From Heterodontus francisci (lineage: Eukaryota), in contig NC_090399.1 in NCBI RefSeq assembly GCF_036365525.1, positions 54,592,430 to 54,656,429 on the forward strand: 64,000 bases of DNA, given 5' to 3'. The notes under the pieces were generated by a model that searched no databases, had not been told where the DNA came from, and saw only the letters and a program-made list of their open reading frames with translations. The position numbers and the translations under genes were made by a program. Shown piece after piece: positions 48,616 through 61,300 of the stretch. Positions within the stretch are counted from its first letter, which is position 1. Every line of letters starts with the position of its first letter.

Positions 48616-50079
48616 TCTTCTTTCTTTTCTTTCTTTTGGGCCTCCTTATCTCGAGAGACAATGGATACACGCCTGGAGGTGGTCAGTGGTTTGTGAAGCA
48701 GCGCCTGGAGTGGCTATAAAGGCCAATTCTGGAGTGACAGGCTCTTCCACAGGTGCTGCAGAGAAATTTGTTTGTCGGGGCTGTTGCACAGTTGGCTCTC
48801 CCCTTGCGCCTCTGTCTTTTTTCCTGCCAACTACAAAGTCTCTTCGACTCGCCACAATTTAGCCCTGTCTTTATGGCTGCCCGCCAGCTCTGGCGAATGC
48901 TGGCAACTGACTCCCACGACTTGTGATCAATGTCACACGATTTCATGTCGCGTTTGCAGACGTCTTTATAGCGGAGACATGGACGGCCGATGGGTCTGAT
49001 ACCAGTGGTGAGCTCGCTGTACAATGTGTCTTTGGGGATCCTGCCATCTTCCATGCGGCTCACATGGCCAAGCCATCTCAAGCGCCGCTGACTCAGTAGT
49101 GTGTATAAGCTGGGGGTGTTGGCCGCTTCAAGGATTTCTGTGTTGGAGATATAGTCATGCCACCTGATGCCAAGTCTTCTCCGAAGGCAGCGAAGATGGA
49201 ATGAATTGAGACGTTGCTCTTGGCTGGCATACGTTGTCCAGGCCTCGCTGCCGTAGAGCAAGGTACTGAGGACACAAGCCTGATACACTCGGACTTTTGT
49301 GTTCCGTGTCAGTGCGCCATTTTCCCACACTCTCTTGGCCAGTCTGGACATAGCAGTGGAAGCCTTACCCATGTGCTTGTTGATTTCTGCATCTAGAGAC
49401 AGGTTACTGGTGATAGTTGAGCCTAGGTAGGTGAACTCTTGAACCACTTCCAGAGCGTGGTCGCCAATATTGATGGATGGAGCATTTCTGACGTCCTGCC
49501 CCATGATGTTCGTTTTCTTGAGGCTGATGGTTAGGCCAAATTCATTGCAGGCAGCCGCAAACCTGTCGATGAGACTCTGCAGGCACTCTTCAGTGTGAGA
49601 TGTTAAAGCAGCATCGTCAGCAAAGAGGAGTTCTCTGATGAGGACTTTCCGTACTTTGGACTTCGCTCTTCGACGGGCAAGGTTGAACAACCTGCCCCCT
49701 GATCTTGTGTGGAGGAAAATTCCTTCTTCAGAGGATTTGAACGCATGTGAAAGCAGCAGGGAGAAGAAAATCCCAAAAAGTGTGGGTGCGAGAACACAGC
49801 CCTGTTTCACACCACTCAGGATAGGAAAGGGCTCTGATGAGGAGCCACCATGTTGAATTGTCTTTGCTCGAATCGCTCTGAACAGGCTCCAGAAGCTGGC
49901 CGAGCGCGTCTACCCTGAGGCACAGTGTGGCTTTCGTGCAGAGAGATCAACCATTGACATGCTGTTCTCCCTTCGTCAGATACAGGAGAAATGCCGTGAA
50001 CAACAGATGCCCCTCTACATTGCTTTCATTGATCTCACCAAAGCCTTTGACCTCGTCAGCAGACGTGGTCTCTTCAGAC
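48616..50079 (-). mobile_element. RTE-clade LINE, 5'-truncated, with inverted 5' segment and 15-bp TSD
   Basis: Uninterrupted ORF 48683..49810 (KQGCVLAP, FADD, WLGHVSRM); AAG-rich tail; TSD TACTAATTTTTAAGT at 48601-48615 and 50080-50094; 49861-50079 is upstream RT on the + strand. Confidence 0.95.
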
Positions 50080-52684
50080 TACTAATTTTTAAGTAACTAC
50101 CTGATAATTTCGTTAAGATATGCAAGCAAAAGGGAAGTAAGAAGCAGGTAAGTCTACTGTTTTCTTTTATTTTAAGTGGTACGTTTTATTGCATTACCAA
50201 GATTTTAAATTCATCAAAGCAAGTGCTGGTGAGGAGAGGCATTAATTCAACAATTCATTGAGAAAATAATTAATTCATTAGTAAATGAAAACACAATAAG
50301 GATGGCCGGGAAGGTGATGTTTCACAGCTGCAGTATGTGTGAGCTCATGGACACCAATGTGATCCACAGCAACCACGTTCACAGTAAATGTCTGTGGTTC
50401 GAGGAGCTTTGGCTCAGGTAGATGAGCTGGAGACTGAGCTATGGACACTGCGATGTATCAGGGAGGGGATAGTTACTGGAACACTTTGTTCCAGAAGGCA
50501 ATCACACCCTATAGGATAGAGTCTTCTGAATTGTTCAGTGGTCAGGGACAGGGGAGGTGTGACTGAGTGAGGCAGGTAAGGGGATCGAGAAGGCAGAAGT
50601 GGAGGAGCCTCAGCCCTTACAATTGTCCAACAGGTTTGAGGTTCTTTCAGCTTGTATGGATGAGAGCGAGGGCTGCAGGGTGGATGAGCAAACTGACCAT
50701 GGCACCATGGTACAGGAAACCATTCAAGCTGAACACAGTAAATAGAAATACAATGGTAGTAGGGGACAGTATAGTCAGGGGGATAGACACAGTTCTCTGC
50801 CGCCAACAGCGAGAGTCCAGAAGGCTGTGTTGCCTGCATGGTGCCAGGGATCGAGATATCTGTTCAGTGATGGAGAGGAACTTGCAGTGCGAGGGGGAGG
50901 ATCAGTTGTTGTGGTCCACGTGGATACCAATGACATAGATAGGACTAGGAAGGAGGTTCTACATAGGGAGTATTAACATATAGGGTATAAATTGAAAAGC
51001 AGAACCTCAAAGATAATAATCTCTGGATTATTACCTCAGCCACAAGCAAATTGGAGCAGGGTAAATAACATTAGAGAGTTAAATGCACGGCTCAAAGATT
51101 GGTGTGAGAGAAATGGGATTCAGTTCATGGGGCAGTGACACCAGTGCTGGGAAAGTAGGATCTGTACCTTTGGGAACGTCTTTACCTGAACCATGCTGGG
51201 ACCAGTGTTCTGGTGAGTCATATAACTGGGGCGATAGAGAGGGCTTTAAACTAAATAGAGGGGGTGAGGGATCAAGTGAGGGAAGATTTGATAAGTGAAA
51301 GAGAGATGACAAGGCAAGAGAGCAAACTAGCAATAAGTGAGTTGATAATCTGGGTGTGGCAGAAAGGGACAGAGTGTACTAACTTTAGAGTGCGGCAGCA
51401 GATACGGCTAGAGTTTGTGAAAATAATAAGACAAAATTAAAGGCATTCTATCTGAATGCACATTGCAGTCGCAAAAAAGTAGATGAATTGATGGCACAAA
51501 TGGACGTAAACAGCTATGATCTAATTGCCATTACAGAGATGTGGCTGCAGGGTGACCAACACTGGAAACTGAATGTTCAAGGGTATTCAACATTTAGGAA
51601 GGAGAGGAAAAAAGGAAAAGGAGGTGGGGTAGTGCTGCTAATAAAGGATGAGATCAGTACATTAAGTGAGAGAGGATCTTAGAACGGAAGATCGAGATGT
51701 AGAATCAATTTGGGTGGAACTAGGTAGCAGCAAAGGGCAGCAAACATTAGTAGGAGTTGTTTACAGGCCACTAAACAGTCGTGGTAATATAGGGCACGGT
51801 ACGAAAAATTAAATCAGGGGTGCATGTAGCAGGGGTAATACAGTAATCATGGGGAACTTCAACTTACATATAGACTGGGTAAACTTAATTAGCACGAATG
51901 CTATGAGTGAATTCCTGGAATGTATGAATGGTTTTCTAGAACCGTACGCTGAGTAACCAACTAGAGAACGGGCTATTTTAGATCTAGTATTGTGCAATGA
52001 GAAAGAATGAATTATTGTAGAGACAGTGGATGCATTGGTGGTCATCTTCCAAAAATCTATAGATTCTGGAGCAGTTCTTGCAGATTGGAAGGCAGAAAAT
52101 GTGACCCCACTATTTAAGCAAGGAGGAGGAGGGAAAATGGGGATCTACAGACCTGTTACCCTGATATCAGTAGGAGGGAAAAGGCTAGAATTTACTCGAA
52201 GGGATGTGATAAATGGACACTTAGAAAATTGTGATGGATTGGGCAGAGTCAACATGGATTTATGAAAGAGAAATCATGTTTGACAAACCTGTTAGAGCTT
52301 TTGACAATGTAACGAGCAGAATAGATAAGAGAGAACCAGTGGATCTGGTGTATTTGGATTTTCAGAAGACTTTCGATAAGGTCTCACACAGGAGGATAGT
52401 AAGTAAAATTAGAGTACATGAGATTGGGGGTAATATATGGGCATGGGTTGAGAATTGGTTAACAGACAGAAAACAGTGAGTAAGAATAAACAGGTCATTG
52501 TCAGCTTGGCAGGTCGTGACTCGTGGGGTACCTCAAGGATCAGTACTTCATCCCCAGCTATTCACAATCTATATCAAGGATTTGGATAAAAGCAAAATAC
52601 TGCAGATGCTGGAAATCTGAAATAAAAACAGAAAGTGCTGGAAATACTCAGCAGGTCTGGCAGCATCTGTGGAGAGAGAAGCAG

Positions 52685-52721
52685 AGTTAACGTTTCAGTT
52701 CTGTGACCTTTCATCAGAATT
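52685..52721 (-). ncRNA. Minimal hammerhead motif
   Basis: ATT-CTGATGA-A-AGGTC-ACA-GAACT-GAAAC-GTT-AAC. Confidence 0.55.
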
Positions 52722-54642
52722 GGAAAAGGTTAGGAAAGATTAGGTTTGAAGCAAGTGAAGGGGGAGACGGTGTTGTTGGTGGGGAAGAGAAAAAAAGAAA
52801 CGGTATGTGATAGGGCAGAGGGCAAGAGAGATTAAATAACAAAGACGTCTTGGGACAAAGGCAAAGAAAGTGTTAATGCTTGTGATGAACAACAATCCAG
52901 AGAGAGTGTTAATGGCAGAGTAATGAACAGCTCTGTCCAAAAGCACCACATGAAAAACAGACACATGGTTAAAAAATAAAATAACACAAAATGAGAAAAA
53001 TATAACAAAGGCCAGTCATGCTCTGAAATTGTTGAACTCAGTGTTGAGTCTGGAAGGCTGTAGAGTGCCCAATCTAAAGATGAGGTGCTGCTCCCCGAGC
53101 TTGTGTTGATGTTCACTGGAACACTGCAGCAGGTCAAGGACAGAAATGTAGGCTTGAGAGCAGGGTGGTGAGTTGAAATGGTAAGAAACTGGAAGCTTGG
53201 GGTCATACTTTCGGACTGAGCAGAGGTGTTCCTCAAAGCAGTCACTCAATCTACGTTTGCTGTCTCCAATGTAGAGGCGACCACATTATGAACAGTGAAT
53301 ACAGTGGATAAAATTGAAAGCTGTACAAATAAATCACTACTTCACCTGGAAGGAGTCTTTGGGGCCTTAGATGGTGAGGAGAGTAGATTAAACGGGCAGG
53401 TATTACACTTCCTGTGATTTCATTGGAAGGTGCCGTGGGAAGTGAATAAGGTGTCGGGGGTGATGGAGAAGTGGATCAGGGTGTCGCGGAGGGAATGAAC
53501 CCTTTGGAATGCTGGCAGGGGAATGGAAGGGAAGATGTGTTTTGTGGTGACATCACGCTGGAGGTGACAGAAATGGCGGAGGATGATCCTCTGGATGTGG
53601 AGGCTGGTGGTGTCGAAAGTGAAGACAAGGGGAACCCTGTCACAGTTCTGGGAGGGAGGGGAAGTGGTGAGGACAGAAGTGCGGGAAATGGGTCGGACAC
53701 GGTTGAGGGCCCTGTCAACCAAAGTGGGGGGGAATCCTTGGTTGAGGAAAAAGGAAGACAGATCAGAATTGCTGTTGTGGAAGGTTGTATCGGAGATGGA
53801 GAAACTGGGGGAATGGGATGGATTCCTTACAGGAGAAAGAGTGTGAGGAAGTGTATTCGAGGTAGCCGTGGGAGTCAGTGTGCTTATAATAAATATTAGT
53901 TGAAAGCCTTTTCCCAGATCTGGAGACATCGACGTCGAGGAAGGGAAGGGAAGTGTTGGGGATAGACCATGTAAAAGTGAGAGAAGAGTGGAAATTGGAA
54001 GCAAAGTCGATGAAGTTTTCCAGTTCGGGTTGGAGCAGGAAGCAGCACTGATACAGTCATCAATGTACCAGAAAAAGAGGTGAGAGAGGGGCACTGAGTA
54101 GGACTGGAACAAAGAATGTTCGACATATCGACATATCCCACAAAAAGACAGGCATAACTAGGACCCATGCGAGTATCCATAGCAACACCATTTATTTGGA
54201 GGAAGTGAGTGGAGTTGAAGGAGAAGTTGTTCAATGTGAGAACAAGTTCAGTCAGGTGGAGGAGGGTGGTGGTGGATGGGGACTGGTTGAGCCTCTGTTC
54301 AAGCAGGAAGTGAGAGTCCTCAGACCGTCCTGGTGGGGGATTGAGGTTTTGAGGTATTAGATGCCGATGGTGAAAAGGAGACAGTTTGTTTAACCAGCTG
54401 CCCGTTCTTCATCTTGTGATTTTGGACAGAGCTGCTCATTACTCCACCATGAACATTCTCTCCAGAATAATACTTTGTCTTTCACCACAACCATTAACAC
54501 TCTCTTTACCTTTGTCCCATGACATCTTTGTTATTTAATCTTTCCTGCCTTCTGCCCTATCACACAGTTTCCCTTTTGTTTTCTTCCCCATCACACCACA
54601 CCCTTCACTTTCTTAAATCCTAAAACTTTTCTAACCTTTGCC

Positions 54643-54679
54643 AGTTCTGATGAAAGGTCACAGACCTGAAACATTAATT
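54643..54679 (+). ncRNA. Minimal hammerhead motif (decayed)
   Basis: AGTT-CTGATGA-A-AGGTC-ACA-GACCT-GAAAC-ATT-AATT. Confidence 0.5.
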
Positions 54680-56244
54680 CTCTTTCTCTCTCCACATATG
54701 CTGCCTGACCTGCTGAGTATTTCCATCACTTTCTGTTTTTATATCAAGGATTTGGGTGTGGGGACCAAATGTAATATTTCCAAGTTTGCTCATGACACAA
54801 ACATATTGAGAACATGATTAAGAAGTTTGCAAATGAACAAAAAATTGGCCTTTTTTTTTTGATAGTGAGGAGGATAACTGTAAACTGCAGGAAGATATCA
54901 ATGGACTGGTCAGGTGGGTAGAAAAGTGATAAATGAATTCAATCCAGAGAAGTAATGCATTTGGGATGGCAAACAAGGCAAGGGAATAGAATTCTGAGGA
55001 ATGTAGAGGAACAAAGGGACATCAGACACCTTATCCACTGATAGGAGATAGTTTCTATTTCTTTTGTAAAATATGTTAAGGACCTATGGATTATTTATTA
55101 TTTGAATTATGGACACTGATTCATCTGGAAACTTGAAGAGGTTGTTAAATTTCATGTAATTTTCAAAAGCGATCACCAGAAGTTTCCTGGATTTGGCTGG
55201 TAAACAAGTCTTACTGGAAGGCACCTGTCCATGGATAATCACCTAGCTGGGGTTGTTTCTGACTTGGGCATATGTTTACAAAGAAGTGACAGGCCAAGAT
55301 TTATAGATATCAAGAGGCTTAACATCTGGAAGGTTTTAGTTTCAGTTTGAACCATTACAACAGACAGTTGCTTTTTGTCTACCAGAGGAACAGCTCAACT
55401 CTCCCTCTCTCTCTTGAAAATAATTCCTGCAACTAGTCTGTCAGATTCCTATTTCCTTCTGCATTTGAAGAAGCCCTTCACGTTTGAAGAACCTTTCACA
55501 CTGACTGTGTGGGTTCTGAAACCTTGTCGCTGCATTTCTGCTATAAGACCTATCTGTAGCCTCTGTACCTGCATCTCTTGGAAAGCCTACCCAAACTGAT
55601 CTTCAACATTGCTTGGAAAGAACAGTTCTCGGAAGATCCTCGTGACACTCGCCTATAACCAGAACAAAGGACGTTGTTCCATAGCTTCTTTTCAGCCTAT
55701 GTGTTTTTTTCCTTCTGTCATCTTTGTAACAGCTATAAAGAGAAATTTATTTTATTTTCCCCATTACCCAGTGTGTATATATATGTATATGTGTGTGTGT
55801 GTGTGAGGGGCTAAGATCAATAAAGGAGATTAAAATTTGAATTTATGTGTGTATGTTTTACTTCATTATTAGTTGAGACTTGGTTTATAATAAACTGATA
55901 ATTCTGTTTATTAAATAAACTTTGTTGGTGTGTTTTATTCTGAGAAAGATAGAGTGTATGATTGACTACATCAGTAAGTGGGAAAATTTTAATATTTGTT
56001 GTGACCTGTGGAGAAGTGGGATTAGAATAAACAGGCACTCCTCCCACCTTGTCTGTCATATATAATTGAGGGCTTTTGTCGGGATAAACCCAACACCAAA
56101 GATGTTTAATTGTAAGTGGGGTAATAATAACTGAAAAAGGAAAAATAAACAAACCAGGTTTCTTGTGTAATAAAGTTTATACCACCAGAATGTCTTTCAC
56201 AGTTGCTGTGACATTTCTGGGGAAGGAGGATGTATCCTTGAGTG

Positions 56245-56463
56245 TAATAAAAACAAGAAATGCTGGAAATACTCAACAGGTCTGGCAGCATCTGTGGAGA
56301 GAGAAGTAGAGTTAACTTTTCAGGTCAGCGACCCTTCTTCAGAACCTGAAATGTTCACTCTGCTTCTTTCACCACAGATGCTGCCAGACCTGCTGAGTAT
56401 TTCCAGCATTTCTTGTTTTTATTTCAGATTTCCAGCATCTGCAGTAGTTTGCTTTTATATTAT
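56245..56463. mobile_element. Fold-back mini-PLE with 14-bp TSD
   Basis: Two inverted pLTR tail halves; TSD TGTATCCTTGAGTG at 56231-56244 and 56464-56477; hammerhead-like CTGAAGA...GAAA on the minus strand at about 56310-56345. Confidence 0.85.
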
Positions 56464-57692
56464 TGTATCCTTGAGTGATTTGAGGTATTAACCAAGGTTA
56501 GTCGAATAGCATTGGCAGCAAAATTGGGGTTAGAGTTAAAACCAGATTTTGATGAGGAAAGATCTGACTCCAGCTCAGGACCCAGTGGAAAGCTGTTTAA
56601 ACTGAAACAGGCCTCCCTATGTTTGAGGAACAGGACATAGAGGCATTTTTCATTTCTTTTGAAAAGATAGCCAAACAGATGAGGTGGCCAAAGGAAAGCT
56701 GGACACTGCCTAAGCAAAACAGGCTGGTCGGCAGAAGCTCATGAAGTTTATGCAATGCTTTTTGAAGAGGCTTCTGCAGATTACGAGATGGCAAAAAGGC
56801 TATTCCCACTGTGTATGAGTTAGTCACTGATGCTCACTGACAGAAATTTCAGAACCTCCGGAGATTGTCTGGGAAGACTTATATACAATTTGAGAGAGTA
56901 AAATAAATTAATTTTGATCGTTGGATACAGTAACTAAAGATGGAAGCCATGCATGAGAACCTTAGGGAACTAATTCCACTGGAAGAATTGAAAAGTTCCC
57001 TCCCTCCATTGGTACAAACCCATGTAGAGAACCAGAAGGTTTCAACGGCCAGACAGGCAGCAGAAATTGCTGATGATTATGAGCTTGTGTATCATCTCAA
57101 ACCTTTTGTTTGTCACCCCATAAACCCGAGAAGGATAGAAGGTGAGAGAGTGAAAGGAAAGCATGTAGCCAGGAACAAAAAGGGACAGCTGGGAACACCC
57201 TGGAATCTCCTCCTCAGGCCAGAAAGGAAGGTGCTGAGGGTGGATGTGAGGTCCGTAAGCCCAAGTGTTACCATTGTCACAAAGTGGGACATCTTGGAGC
57301 AGAATGCTGGAAGTTGTGAGCTGAACCGATGGGACACACAAAACCAATGTAGACAAAGGAGACCTGATCGACAGTAGAGCAGATCAGGCTGAAGCTCTGA
57401 CAGAAGCTGTAAAGCCAAATAATAAAACCAATGTGAGTGCAGGGGTTGAGAATAAGATACCTGAGAGTTATGTGGAATTCTTGTCGAAAGGAAAAGTCAC
57501 GCCTTATCCCTCAGGTAAAGCAGGCAAACCTATAGTTATATTTAGGGATACACGAGCCGCCCAAAATCTTTTGCTGGGTAAAGGAATAACATTTCTACCA
57601 GAGAGCACACTGAATGATAAAGTTTTAGTGAATGGTATTGATGGGGATTATATACCTGTACCTTTGTATCGGGTTCACCTAGAGTGTGACCG

Positions 57693-58356
57693 AGGCTGGA
57701 ACGTTTCATTGGGTGGGAGGCCCCATTCACCACCTGAAAAGTCAGTGGTGAGCCCACCTCTGTGGGTCTGAGGAGCCAGACTGGGATTTTTCGCTAGCCA
57801 GGCCTTTAATTGCTCTTGGGTGGGCCTTCTACCTCCTTGAGGCCTAATGGAGCTGCCGACCAATCAGCAGGCTGGCAGCTCTTAGTCCCAGCATCACCAC
57901 TGGGAGCGATGGCCAGTGCTGGGACTACACCCAGCCACTGGAAGCAAGAGGAAGGATGGCCCCAGAATTAAGAGAAGTTTTTGTAGCCTTGCCGAGGATA
58001 ATTGCTTGGGCCTCAGCGAGGCAAGGGGGGTTTAACGCGGGGGTGGGGGAATGTTGTGCATTGGAGGTGATTGGGGCTTCGAAGACAGCCCTCCTTGGGC
58101 CCGATCAGGAGGCTCCCCACCAGCCCGCAAGAAGGCCGCCTGGTTTCACTTAAGTGCCAGTTACTTGGCCAGTTAAGGGCTTTGATTGGCCTGGGGCAGA
58201 GGGACATTTCTGGATGCCGCCACCCAAAGTAAAATTGCAGCAGCAACAAGAGGAGGTCAGGAATGGTCCCCCTCCTCCCACTTAATTTTACACCACTACC
58301 CTCTTCGCCCCACCCCTGCAAACAGCCGCTTGTTTGGTAAGTGTAAAGTCTGGCCC
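57693..58356. mobile_element. Non-autonomous TIR element (probably Harbinger-type MITE) inside the Gypsy protease
   Basis: Interrupts VHLECD|LMSGMVTVGVV; ends GGCTGGAACGTT / AAAGTCTGGCCC, followed by TAA. Confidence 0.6.
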
Positions 58357-61300
58357 TAATGTCTGGAATGGTAACTGTAGGAGTTGTCCATAGTTTGCTG
58401 GTCGAGGAAGTTGACCTAATCCTGGTAAATGATTTGGCTGGAGTGAAAGTAATGGCTTCTCCAGTAGTCACAGAAAACCCAAGGGAAGTTAAAGAGACAG
58501 AACAGTTACAGGAAAGGTTCCAGGAATTTTTCCTTCATGTGTCGTAACCTGAACAATGGTTAAACAAGTTCCATTGTCAGAGGTAAAATTGGCACCACCG
58601 ACAGATAGTCGAATATCTGAAACTTTCTTTGCTGATTTGGATAATCCAAAGGAAATGTTTTATAATTCTTCTCTGATCACAGGTCAGCAAGCTGATCCAG
58701 AGTTAAATAAAGTGGCACAATCAGCTCGAACAGAAGCTGAGACAAAAGGGGTTCCAGAAAGCTATTATATTAAAGATGGAATTCTGATGAGGAAGTGGAG
58801 ACCTCGTCACAGACCTGTAGATGAAGAATGGATGGTAGTTCACCAGATAGTGGTACTGTCTAAGTATCACTGGGAAATATTATGGTTAACAAATGAAATT
58901 CCAATAGTGGGAGATGTAGAGATCCAGAAGACCAAATCACATATAAATCACCATTTATACTGGCCAGGTATTTCCAAGGACGTGGTGCAGTTTTGTAAAA
59001 CGTGCCATATGTGCCAGATTGTGGGAAAGCTGCAACCTGCCATAAAACCGGAGCCTCTAACTCCTGTAGCAGTTATTGGGAACCATTTAGTAGGGTGTTG
59101 GTAGACTGTGTAGGACCTTCACCGAAAACAAAAGCATGACACCAATATATACTCACTATCATGGATTTGGTTACTTGGTTCCCAGAGGCCATTCCATTGA
59201 GAACAGTTTTTGCTAAGGTAGTGGTAGAGAAGTTAACCCAGTTCTTCACTAGATATGGATTATAGATTGAGATTCAGTCGGATTAAGGTTCCAATTTTAT
59301 GTCTAAATGTTTTCAGGAAGTTATGAGTAATTTGGGTGTAATACAGTTAGTCTTCAGTATACCACCCACAGACACAGGGAGCTTTAGAAAGGTACCATAA
59401 GACCTTCAAAATGATGATTAGGACATACTGTCATGAATATCATGATTGGGATAAAGGGGTAGAATTTCTTTTGTTTGCCACTAGAGATTTACCTAATGAG
59501 TCTACAGGCTTTTTGAATTAGTTTATGGACATGAGATAAGAGATCCTCTAAAACTAATGAAAGGAAAGGTTTTTAGAACAGGAGGATGAATCTTCTATAC
59601 TAGATTATGTATCTGTGTTCTAGGCCTGGCTCACGAGAGCTTGAAAAGTAACTCAGAAACAGCTTAAAGCTTCCCAAACAACTATGAAAAAATGGGCAGA
59701 TAAGCATGCTAAGACTGGAACCTTTCAACCAAGGGATGAAGTATTAGTATTACAACCCTTACAAGGTGAACCATTGAAAGCATTGTTCACTGGTCCATAG
59801 ACAGTGGTCAAGAGAATTGGTAAGGTAAATTTATTTGATTGACTCCCCAGATCACTGGAAAAAGAATTGACTGTGTCACATTAATATGTTGAAACAATAT
59901 TATCACAGGGAGGAGGATAAGCAAGCACAGGTATGTCAGGTAGTCAGGACAGTGAAGGATGAAAGGGTTAGTGAGGATGAGGCAGAAGGAGGGCTAGACA
60001 ATTCTGCAATTGAACTTCCTACCATCCAGTTAGCCATTACCGAATTGCAAAGGAGATTGGACACTATGCTTTCATATTTAGATGCAGAACAATGAGAAGC
60101 TCTAACAAAGATACTCACAGCATTTAAAAGAGTCCATACAGATAAGCCAGGATGTACAACCTTAGTCACACATGATGTGGATGTTAGGGAATCTGTTCCT
60201 ATAAAATAGCATTCTTACTGCTTAAGTCCAGAGAAACAGGCCCAAGTAAAAGCAGAAAACCAATGCATGAAGGAGAACTACCTAATAGAACCCGATCAAA
60301 GCAACTGGAGTTCACCAGTAGTATTAGCGCCTAAACCTGATGGTTCAACTGGACTTTGCAAAGACTGCAGAAAAGTTAATGCAATAACAAGGACAGGCTC
60401 CTACCCAATCCCTCGCTTGGAAGACTGTATTGACAGAATTGGCAGTGCCATGTATCTTAAAAAAATAAATTTGTTAAAGTTCCTTTAACACTCCCAGGCT
60501 AAAGAAAAATCAGCTTTGATCACACCATATGATTTTTTTCCTGTACCAAGTGATACCATACAGGCTAGGGGCTGCTCCAGCAACATCTCAGTGACTAGTG
60601 AACCCAGTGGTAGCCAGTGTTCCTAACTGTGCAGTTTAACTTGATGATGTGCTGGTCTACAGTGACTCTTGGAAGAAACATTTGCAACAACTGGGGGGTT
60701 CTGTTTAGAGGTTTGCAATCAACTGATTGGATGATAAACTTGTTCGAAAAAAATAAAAATCAGAATGCCAGACTATTCCAATTGAGTTTATTATTACAGC
60801 CCTATCACTTAACGATTATTCACAATGTGGACAAAAATAATGTTATTGTAGATGCTTTATCATGAATCCAGCTTTGTTTTAGTTATTTGAGTGCAAAGAT
60901 GGTAAAAAACAAAATTGTATTAACTGCAGGTAAAGACTGAATGAGGATGAGTGTGAAAATGTATTTTAAAATGTTTTCATCTTCCATTTATGTTTACATT
61001 TTGCAATGGAATGCATTTCAAATGGAGTTTCATTTCTCCAAGGGTGGAGGTGTTAGGAAATTGCTTCTATTTCTTTTGTAAAATATGTTAAGGACTTATA
61101 TTTGAATTATGGGCACTAATTCATCAATAAGCTTGAAAAGATTGCTGAACTTTGTGTTTAAACAAAAAAATCACCTGAAGGTCCCTGGATTTGGCTGGTA
61201 AACAAGTCTTACTGGAAGACACCTATCTCTGGATAATCGCCCAGCAGGGTTTTTTTTTTAACTTGGCTTGCTGCTTTGTAAACATCTTCCCAAGGTTTAT

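Larger units (their letters stand above)
52586..54739 (-). mobile_element. Penelope-like element with inverted second pLTR and 16-bp TSD
   Basis: RT/GIY-YIG peptides on the minus strand; 54390-54739 is an inverted pLTR; TSD TATATCAAGGATTTGG at 52570-52585 and 54740-54755. Confidence 0.92.
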
